Source of the DNA: Candidatus Saccharimonadales bacterium
Lineage (GTDB): Bacteria > Patescibacteriota > Saccharimonadia > Saccharimonadales > JACDBH01
Direction: 5' to 3'
Length of the DNA: 64,000 bases
Assembly (NCBI GenBank): GCA_041752595.1
Contig: JBGSWE010000004.1
Coordinates: 87,057 to 151,056, forward strand
The notes below the pieces were generated by a model. The model did no database searches. It saw only the letters and a list, made by a program, of their open reading frames with translations, and was not told the origin of the DNA. The position numbers and the translations under genes were made by a program. Positions 49,239 through 56,774 of the stretch are shown piece after piece (position 1 is the stretch's first letter; each line of letters starts with the position of its first letter).

Positions 49239-51310
49239 TGAGAGAATTTTTAATTGGTAAAATTAACTCCGATGCCTTACCGCATGAGTACCACACTATT
49301 CTTGGTACCTTAAGTTTTATAGTAGGCTTGATTGCTATAGTTGCGTTCCTAACCTACACAAAACGTTGGAAGTGGCTTTGGAATGACTGGCTTACCTCGG
49401 TTGATCCTAAAAAGATCGGAATTATGTACTTTTTTGTTGCTGGATTTATGTTGGTTCGTGGCGGAATAGATGTGATTATGATGTGGCTCCAGCAAGCATT
49501 AGCATCAGGAAATGATGGTTACTTATCAGCTCAGCATTACCAAGAAATATTCACAGCTCACGGCAATATAATGGTGTTCTTTGTGGCCATGGCTTTAATA
49601 TTTGGTCTTATTAATTACATTGTACCTCTGCAGATCGGTGCTCGAGATCTAGCTTCTCCCTTTTTAAACACCCTTGGTTTCTGGCTATACGTAGCTGGAG
49701 TCGTTATGGTAAATATGTTCTTCATACTTGGAGGTGAATACGCGGCAACTGGCTGGTTGGCGGTCGCTCCTTTGAGTGGTTTAGAGTTTAGTCCTGGAGT
49801 TGGCGTTGACTACTGGATATGGAGTTTACAAATTTCTGGAATTGGTACAACGCTTGGTGCAATTAACTTCATTATGACTATTCTTAAAATGCGAGCACCT
49901 GGAATGAGCCTACTTAAAATGCCACTCTTCACATGGGGATCTTTATGTAGCATGGTTATGGCTGTAACTGTATTTCCACTGCTTACAGCTACACTTTTCT
50001 TGTTATTCTTCGATAGATATTTTGGCACAAACTTCTTCACTACAACACTAGGTGGTAACCCGATGATGTATACCAATTTGATATGGATGTGGGGACACCC
50101 TGAGGTGTATATTCTTATGCTACCTTCATTTGGCGTATTTTCAGAAATTGTCTCTACCTATAGCCGTAAGCCGCTGGCATTTTATAAGTCAAATGTGGCT
50201 GGTATGATTGGCGTTTCGGCAGTTGCCCTACTTGTATGGTTACACCATTTTTTTACAATGGGTGCGAGCGCAGAGGTTAATTCAGCTTTTGGTGTAGCAA
50301 CAATGATTATTGCGATACCTACAACCGTATTATTGTTTACCTGGATAGCTACGATGTATAGGGGTAAAATTCAATATAAAACCCCAATGCTGTGGTTCCT
50401 AGGATTTATAGCTATTTTTACATTAGGTGGTATATCTGGTGTATTACTGGCAATTCCTCCGGTAGACTTCCAATTGCACAATAGTTTGTTCTTGGTTGCA
50501 CACTTCCACTCTACGGTTATTGGTGGAGTTTTGTTTGGTATTTTTGCAGGACTCAATTATTGGTTCCCAAAAATTGCCGGCTTTAGGCTCAATGAACGGA
50601 TTGGTCGTTATGCTGTTGTGACGTGGATAATTGGATTCTTTGTAGCCTTTGTTCCTCTATATATTTTAGGGCTGATGGGGGCAACCAGGAGGATGGACCG
50701 TTATGACGCCGATACTGGTTGGCAGCCTTTCTTTATTGTGGCGCTGATTGGTGGCTTAATAATAGCTGTAGCAGTTGGATTGCAAATAATACAAATTATC
50801 GCGAGTTATATGCAAAAGCGTCGTCTTATAGACGTAACTGGAGACCCTTGGGATGGCCGTACGTTAGAGTGGTCGGTTCCTTCACCAGCACCTATATATA
50901 ACTTTGCTGTTATTCCTAAAGTTTCAACTATTGATGCATTTTATGAAATGAAGAGCCAGGGCATCGCAAAAATTCATTATCAAGACATACATATGCCCAA
51001 GAATACTCCTTATGGCATTTATCTATCTATTTTCGCATTTCTTATAGGTTTTGGTTTTGTCTGGGACATTGTTTGGCTAGTTGTAGTATCGGTTATCGCA
51101 ATTGTAATTTTTATGATTACTAAGACCTTCAATGATGATTCTGAGTACACAATACCCGCAGAAGTAGTTGAAAAAATGGCAGAGGTCCAAGAAGAAAAAA
51201 TCAAGAATTTTGTAAAAACTCCAGATGATAGTAAAGAAGACATGGGTCTTGTTGAGTTTGTAAAAACGGTACTTTCTTGGGCTCTTAGTCTAGTGAGATT
51301 TAAAAAATGA
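49238..51310 (+). CDS. cyoB: quinol oxidase subunit I (heme-copper oxidase)
   Basis: 690 aa with WMWGHPEVYILMLP, WLHHFFTMG and VAHFHSTVIGG. Its start overlaps the cyoA stop (TAATG). Confidence 0.95.
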   Translation: MREFLIGKINSDALPHEYHTILGTLSFIVGLIAIVAFLTYTKRWKWLWNDWLTSVDPKKIGIMYFFVAGFMLVRGGIDVIMMWLQQALASGNDGYLSAQHYQEIFTAHGNIMVFFVAMALIFGLINYIVPLQIGARDLASPFLNTLGFWLYVAGVVMVNMFFILGGEYAATGWLAVAPLSGLEFSPGVGVDYWIWSLQISGIGTTLGAINFIMTILKMRAPGMSLLKMPLFTWGSLCSMVMAVTVFPLLTATLFLLFFDRYFGTNFFTTTLGGNPMMYTNLIWMWGHPEVYILMLPSFGVFSEIVSTYSRKPLAFYKSNVAGMIGVSAVALLVWLHHFFTMGASAEVNSAFGVATMIIAIPTTVLLFTWIATMYRGKIQYKTPMLWFLGFIAIFTLGGISGVLLAIPPVDFQLHNSLFLVAHFHSTVIGGVLFGIFAGLNYWFPKIAGFRLNERIGRYAVVTWIIGFFVAFVPLYILGLMGATRRMDRYDADTGWQPFFIVALIGGLIIAVAVGLQIIQIIASYMQKRRLIDVTGDPWDGRTLEWSVPSPAPIYNFAVIPKVSTIDAFYEMKSQGIAKIHYQDIHMPKNTPYGIYLSIFAFLIGFGFVWDIVWLVVVSVIAIVIFMITKTFNDDSEYTIPAEVVEKMAEVQEEKIKNFVKTPDDSKEDMGLVEFVKTVLSWALSLVRFKK

Positions 51311-51906
51311 GTCACCACGAATTAGCAGCCGAACAAGAACACGAAGAAGCGGCTAACGACCGTTCTTTGTTTGGTTTTTGGGTTTACCTTATGACCGATC
51401 TATTGATGTTTGCAGTGTTATTCGCAGTTTATGCCGTACTTCGAAATAATACAGCAGGAGGTCCTTCTGGACGTGATTTATTTAACCCTACCCTTGTATT
51501 AGTAAGCACAATTTTACTACTTGTTAGTAGTTTTACGGTAGGTGTTGGTATGATTGCGGCCCGCGACGGTTTAAAGAATAAAGCTCTTAAGTGGTTAGGC
51601 ATAACTTTCTTGCTAGGATTAGCCTTTACAGCTGTTACAACCTTTGAGTTTTATGAATTTATTCACGAAGGTTATACCTGGAGAACAAGCGCCTTTTTAT
51701 CTGCTTTCTTTATTCTTGTTGGTACTCATGCCTTACATATTGTATGCGGATTAATTTGGCTCGGCACAACCATGATTTATACAGTAAAACGAGGACTTAC
51801 AAAGCCTATATTACGTAAGTTGACCATGCTTAGCTTGTTCTGGCATTTCTTAGATATAGTCTGGATATTTATTTTTAGCGTAGTGTATTTAATGGCATTT
51901 GTATGA
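51307..51906 (+). CDS. cyoC: quinol oxidase subunit III
   Basis: 199 aa with five TMs and LFWHFLDIVWIFIF. ATGA overlap with cyoB. Confidence 0.9.
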   Translation: MSHHELAAEQEHEEAANDRSLFGFWVYLMTDLLMFAVLFAVYAVLRNNTAGGPSGRDLFNPTLVLVSTILLLVSSFTVGVGMIAARDGLKNKALKWLGITFLLGLAFTAVTTFEFYEFIHEGYTWRTSAFLSAFFILVGTHALHIVCGLIWLGTTMIYTVKRGLTKPILRKLTMLSLFWHFLDIVWIFIFSVVYLMAFV

Positions 51907-52592
51907 GTAAAGAATTACATAATACTAAATCAAATAAAAATGAACACGGATCAATGGCATCATATGTCAATGGCCTTATTTTGTCGCTTAATCTAACGAT
52001 CATCCCCTACTTACTTGTTGTAAACGAACTTTTAACTGGAGCTGCCCTGCGTAATACAATTCTAGTGATTGCTGTCTTGCAGATGTTTATTCAGATATTC
52101 TTCTTTTTGCATCTTGGTCGTGGCCCAAAACCTCTATACAATGTGGTATTTTTCTTCTCAACAGTTGCCATAATTGTTTTAACTGTTGGAGCATCGGTAT
52201 TTATTATGGATAACCTCTACCGCAATATGTTACCAAATGAAGTAACACTGAAGTTGGCTCAAAAAGAAGCTATTTCACAGGTTGGTGGCGTGCCAACAGG
52301 TGCTTGTAATGGGAATAAGGATAACTATATTGTAACCATTGTCGACGGTAAAATAGTCCCAGCATCTACTCGCGCTAAACAATGCGACACCATAACGTTT
52401 ATCAACAAAGACAAGGATAACCGTGAAATTGTTTTTGGAAATGAAAAAGAAAGTGTAAGTTATGGTGGAGAAGACAAGGTACTTCTAGATGATGGTCGTC
52501 CAGAAACAATTACTCTTAATGAAACAGGATACTTTGTTTTTTACGATAGTATAGACCGTAGTATATTTGGCAATTTTTATGTTGAACCTTAG
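51903..52592 (+). CDS. cyoD: quinol oxidase subunit IV fused to a C-terminal cupredoxin-like soluble domain
   Basis: The N-terminal roughly 110 aa is CyoD-like (three TMs; HGSMASYVNGLILSL...). An extra roughly 115 aa, ...YIVTIVDGKIVPASTRAKQCDTITFINKDKDNREIVFG...GYFVFYDSIDRSIFGNFYVEP, has a cupredoxin_1-like strand pattern without His or Met. Confidence 0.7.
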   Translation: MSKELHNTKSNKNEHGSMASYVNGLILSLNLTIIPYLLVVNELLTGAALRNTILVIAVLQMFIQIFFFLHLGRGPKPLYNVVFFFSTVAIIVLTVGASVFIMDNLYRNMLPNEVTLKLAQKEAISQVGGVPTGACNGNKDNYIVTIVDGKIVPASTRAKQCDTITFINKDKDNREIVFGNEKESVSYGGEDKVLLDDGRPETITLNETGYFVFYDSIDRSIFGNFYVEP

Positions 52593-52662
52593 CAATTGCC
52601 TCTACCAATCTGTTCACATTGGCATAAATCAACTATACTAAAATTCTAATCTAGGGATAAAT

Positions 52663-53619
52663 ATGGCAAAAAATTCGATAGTTGTTAATAATTTACACAA
52701 AAGTTATAAAACATTAAAAGTGCTTGAAGGCGTTAGTTTTAGTGTTGAAAAAGGCAAAATTTTAGCCTTATTAGGGCCAAATGGTGCCGGTAAAACCACC
52801 ACTGTTCGGATTTTAAGTACTTTACTCAATGCTGATAGTGGTAATGCTACTATTGAAGGCTACGACGTAGTTAAACAAGCTGATAAAGTGAGGACTGTGA
52901 TTGGCCTCACCGGACAAGCAGCTGCCGTAGATGAGCTTTTGACTGGTCGAGAAAACTTAATTATGATGGGCCGTCTTTATAGACTTACAAAAGATAGTGC
53001 AAAATTACGTGCAGCTGAACTGCTCAAAGAGTTCGACCTAGTAAAAGCTGCAGATAGAACCGCAAAAACCTATTCAGGCGGTATGCGTAGACGGCTTGAT
53101 CTTGCAGTTAGTCTCATCGCCGTACCTCCAGTTATTTTTCTCGACGAACCAACTACTGGACTTGACCCTAGGTCTAGGCAGAGTATGTGGTCAATTATTG
53201 AGGATTTAGCTAAAAGTGGCACAACTATATTATTGACAACTCAGTATCTTGAAGAAGCAGATCAGTTAGCTGACCAGGTTGTAGTAATAGACGGCGGTAA
53301 GGTGATTGCTGAAGGAACACCCCAGGAACTAAAAAGTAAAATTGGAAAAGACAAACTTGAAATAACTTTTGCAACTATCAAACTTTTTGAAGATGGTAAA
53401 AAAGTCCTAAATGATAAATTACTAGACACTAACCCTGTCGAGCGTTCGATAACAGTTCTCATTAATGACAGCAATGTAGATGTTAAGAGGACGCTAGAAC
53501 AGCTTTCGAAAGCAAAGGTGCCAATTAACTCAATTTCTGTTCATAAACCTACGCTTGACGATGTATTTATGAACATTACTGGAAAACAAAAAGATAATTT
53601 AGATGAAAAGGAGGCGTAA
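52663..53619 (+). CDS. ABC transporter ATP-binding protein (DrrA/ABC-2 type)
   Basis: Walker A GPNGAGKTT, signature YSGGMRRRL and Walker B VIFLDEPTTGLD. Confidence 0.9.
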   Translation: MAKNSIVVNNLHKSYKTLKVLEGVSFSVEKGKILALLGPNGAGKTTTVRILSTLLNADSGNATIEGYDVVKQADKVRTVIGLTGQAAAVDELLTGRENLIMMGRLYRLTKDSAKLRAAELLKEFDLVKAADRTAKTYSGGMRRRLDLAVSLIAVPPVIFLDEPTTGLDPRSRQSMWSIIEDLAKSGTTILLTTQYLEEADQLADQVVVIDGGKVIAEGTPQELKSKIGKDKLEITFATIKLFEDGKKVLNDKLLDTNPVERSITVLINDSNVDVKRTLEQLSKAKVPINSISVHKPTLDDVFMNITGKQKDNLDEKEA

Positions 53620-53622
53620 ACG

Positions 53623-54432
53623 ATGGCTACAAAACTAGAGTTTGAACAAAAATCACGAATCATGCTGACATTTCAAGATTCTCTGATCATGATAGGACGT
53701 AGTAGTCGACATATTATCAGGAATATTGATCAACTGCTCGGCGCTTTCTTTCAGCCAATTATGTTTTTGGTGCTATTTTCAGCAGTTTTTGGTGGTGCTA
53801 TTGCCCTTGCATTGCCGCCGGGAGTAGATTACCTAGATTACTTGATGGCCGGAATTATCGTACAAACGGTTGCCTTTGGTTCAACAACTACAGCTATTGC
53901 GATCTGTAACGACTTAAAAAAAGGAATTGTTGATAGGTTTAGATCACTACCCATGAGTAATTCTGCAGTCTTAAACGGTCATGTAGTTTCTGATTTGTTT
54001 CGAAATACCATCTCAACAACTGTAATGTTGGTTGTTGGGTTCATTATTGGCTTTCGTTCTCAAGCAAATTTTGTTGAATGGTTAACGATTATTGGGATAT
54101 TGTTGCTTTTCACTTTTTCATTCTCTTGGCTCATGGCTATATTAGGAGTGCTCGCAAAAAGTGTTGAAGCTGTACAGTGGTTAACGTTCATAATTATATT
54201 TCCTCTTACATTTGCAAGCACGGCATTCGTGCCCGCCGAAGGTATGAATACTTATCTTAGGGCTTTTGCAGAAAATCAGCCAATCACACAAGTTATTGAA
54301 GCTATTCGTGCACTGTTTCTCGGTACACCAATCGGAAACTATGGTTGGCTCTCGGTTATGTGGAGTCTTATTATTCTAGCTTTTGCCGTCCCTGTATCGC
54401 TGTGGTTATTCAAAAGAAAAACAACAGGATAG
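53623..54432 (+). CDS. ABC-2 type transporter permease
   Basis: 269-aa six-TM protein, 3 nt after the ATPase gene. Confidence 0.8.
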   Translation: MATKLEFEQKSRIMLTFQDSLIMIGRSSRHIIRNIDQLLGAFFQPIMFLVLFSAVFGGAIALALPPGVDYLDYLMAGIIVQTVAFGSTTTAIAICNDLKKGIVDRFRSLPMSNSAVLNGHVVSDLFRNTISTTVMLVVGFIIGFRSQANFVEWLTIIGILLLFTFSFSWLMAILGVLAKSVEAVQWLTFIIIFPLTFASTAFVPAEGMNTYLRAFAENQPITQVIEAIRALFLGTPIGNYGWLSVMWSLIILAFAVPVSLWLFKRKTTG

Positions 54433-54475
54433 AAAATTATAACGTATAATACAAACTAATAATCTAGGAGTAATT

Positions 54476-54955
54476 ATGGAAAAATCAGAACAAATTGAAA
54501 AGGTAAAAATACCAGGATATTTAAAAATCGGAAAAGTCGTTGCTTATTTATTGTACGCATGGGTAATTATAGGGGTAGTTAGTCTTACACTTAGAGTATT
54601 TTTATTATTGTTTTCCGCTAATACAACAACGCCATTTGTTGAATTTGTATTTAAAGTTTCCGCAGATTATTTGAATCCTTTTAGGGGTATATTCCCTTCA
54701 AAACCAGTTGGAGAAACTGGCTATTTAGATGTATCTGCTCTTTTTGCAATCATTGTATATCTATTTATTATGTGGGGCTTCTCTGCTCTCATACAATACG
54801 TTCAGAATAAAATAGATATTACGCGTCGTAAGCAAGAAAAAGAGCTAGCAGAACTTAAGCGAGAAGAAGAGTTGACCTTAATTAAAGAAACTACAACAGT
54901 GCAAAAAAGTAAATCAACCCCTGTTAGTGCTCGCTCAAACACCCGAAACTTGTAG
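54476..54955 (+). CDS. YggT-like membrane protein with charged C-terminal tail
   Basis: LNPFRGIFPS...GYLDVSALFAIIVYLFI resembles the YggT repeat. Weak call. Confidence 0.4.
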   Translation: MEKSEQIEKVKIPGYLKIGKVVAYLLYAWVIIGVVSLTLRVFLLLFSANTTTPFVEFVFKVSADYLNPFRGIFPSKPVGETGYLDVSALFAIIVYLFIMWGFSALIQYVQNKIDITRRKQEKELAELKREEELTLIKETTTVQKSKSTPVSARSNTRNL

Positions 54956-54986
54956 AAAGTACTATTTTAGTTTATTATTTCTCTCA

Positions 54987-55766
54987 ATGAGAAGACCAAA
55001 AGTAAGTATAGAAAACCGTCGGGAAGTGTATGACTTTTACCGTCAGTATGATCCACACCCTCTATCATCAAAGTTAGGCCACGCATTGATGGCAGCTGCG
55101 TATAGGCCAGTAGTTTCTTATACCGATGGTGCGGAAGATCAAATTGGTAAAATGCTTGACGAGGGCAAGCAGTTTATCTTGGTTTCTAACCATCGTAATG
55201 CACATGATCAGTGTAATGTAGCGGCAATTGCCCACCGCGAAACACAACTCCGTCGTTTGCGTGGTAACACAAGCATTCCTGCGAAAGCTGGTTTGTTCGG
55301 AATGCCTTTATTAAGACGTTCTGTTGAAATAATGGGTTCTATGCCAGTATTTCGTGCCAAAGATATTCGCGCAGACTACAGAGACGTACCGTTTAATGAC
55401 GAAGAATCAGATGCTCTTAGAGATTCAGGTAAGTTACTTATAGATGCAAGTATAAATAAACTTTCCAAAGGGCGGCATTTATATATGTTTCCAGAAGGAA
55501 CAAGGGGAGAAAGAGATACCGAACTTGGTACATTAAGAAGAGGTATCGGAGAAATTGCTTGTGGCGCTTCTGATGATGCTGATTTAGCTATTATTCCAAT
55601 TGGGCTTTATTACAATGGAAACAATTTTAGACCAAATATGCATATTACTAACCCTATTGATGGTCCTTTTAGAGAGCCCGTGGCGTTAGTTAATCATCTT
55701 TCGGTTGTTATGCAAGACGCTCTCACTACGGCTGCTTCATTTAGAAGTAATCCATTAACAGCCTAA
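54987..55766 (+). CDS. plsC: 1-acyl-sn-glycerol-3-phosphate acyltransferase family protein
   Basis: HX4D motif (SNHRNAHD) and FPEGTRG. I chose the start at the internal Met (track start is 54927). Confidence 0.8.
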   Translation: MRRPKVSIENRREVYDFYRQYDPHPLSSKLGHALMAAAYRPVVSYTDGAEDQIGKMLDEGKQFILVSNHRNAHDQCNVAAIAHRETQLRRLRGNTSIPAKAGLFGMPLLRRSVEIMGSMPVFRAKDIRADYRDVPFNDEESDALRDSGKLLIDASINKLSKGRHLYMFPEGTRGERDTELGTLRRGIGEIACGASDDADLAIIPIGLYYNGNNFRPNMHITNPIDGPFREPVALVNHLSVVMQDALTTAASFRSNPLTA

Positions 55767-55769
55767 TAC

Positions 55770-56510
55770 TTACTTTGTCTTGGCCTTTGCTTTGGGATAC
55801 ATTTTTATAGGCTTTTCGGTAGAAACTGGTTCTTCGAATTCCATTGAAGCCACCGAGAATTCATTACTCATTGCAAGTGGAGCAATTTTAAATACTTCAG
55901 GCAAGATGTTTGTGTGATCAAGCCTGCACCAGTGTAGCTTTCCGTATCTTGTTTCTAGTCCCTCTAGTCTTGACTTTGGTCCTTCATACTTCATTCTATA
56001 AATAAAGGCTATCGCATGCACAAAGGTGTCTTTAGATTCTGCCTCAAGATAGCGAAAATCTAGTACTGATGTTAACTGAAGATGGTCAATTGTTTCGATT
56101 GTTGTTTTTTCGAACAATTCCCTTTGAGCAGCTTCTTGCAGGGTTTCGTTTTGGTGAATCAGTCCAGAAGGTAATCCGTAAAGATTTTTGAAAGGCTGAT
56201 TATGACGTTTAACAAGCAATACCTGATCATTCTTATTTGTAATATAAATCATTGATATAGTACGAGGACCAACTTTCCTAGCGCCTTGTGCCTGTTCGAA
56301 GTGTATTGTTTTTAATGCTTTTCTAGTGGCGTGATATCCGTCTGACTCTAGACGAACATATTCCTTCTCTAATAATTTTTTGAGGTGATAAGAAAAGGTA
56401 TTGTTTGGCATTCCTGGTGGCAAAAGTTGAGAGAATCTTAATGGGGCATTCTTAGCTAGGCTTGTAATAATGCGTCTTTGTATAAAATGCATGTTCGAAT
56501 TATCTTGCAT
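55770..56510 (-). CDS. winged-helix (N-terminal) + Nudix-fold (C-terminal) protein with degenerate Nudix box; probable regulator
   Basis: N-terminal IITSLAKNAPLRFSQLL...NTFSYHLKKLLEKEYV (wHTH-like). The Nudix box GLIHQNETLQEAAQRELFEKTTI fits Gx5Ex7REUxE but has K and T where the consensus has the second E and G. Confidence 0.65.
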   Translation of the reverse strand: MQDNSNMHFIQRRIITSLAKNAPLRFSQLLPPGMPNNTFSYHLKKLLEKEYVRLESDGYHATRKALKTIHFEQAQGARKVGPRTISMIYITNKNDQVLLVKRHNQPFKNLYGLPSGLIHQNETLQEAAQRELFEKTTIETIDHLQLTSVLDFRYLEAESKDTFVHAIAFIYRMKYEGPKSRLEGLETRYGKLHWCRLDHTNILPEVFKIAPLAMSNEFSVASMEFEEPVSTEKPIKMYPKAKAKTK

Positions 56511-56598
56511 AATTCGGCAGCCATAACTCGTGGTTCAGGGTGTTCACCTTCATATAATTAACTATATTCTATCACTCTTAGAAAATGCTGTATATATA

Positions 56599-56680
56599 AG
56601 TCAAATTAAACTGACTCATTGTTGTTTGACTCTATATATCATGACTCATTTAATTTTGTGTCAACGAGACTAGAGTCAAT
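56599..56680. promoter_or_regulatory. divergent-promoter region with phased TGACTC repeats (candidate operator array)
   Basis: TGACTC occurs at 56612-56617, 56627-56632 and 56642-56647, an exact 15-bp spacing. The outer two extend to TGACTCATT. An inverted copy (AGAGTCA) lies at 56672-56678 and AAGTCA at 56599-56603. A TATATAT element lies between copies. Confidence 0.4.
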
Positions 56681-56774
56681 ATTTAACGACTGCAATCAAT
56701 GTCGAGCTAAGTTAATAATATTCCATGAACGGGAAAGCATATTCAAAAATTAACAAGTTTAGAATGAGGTATAA

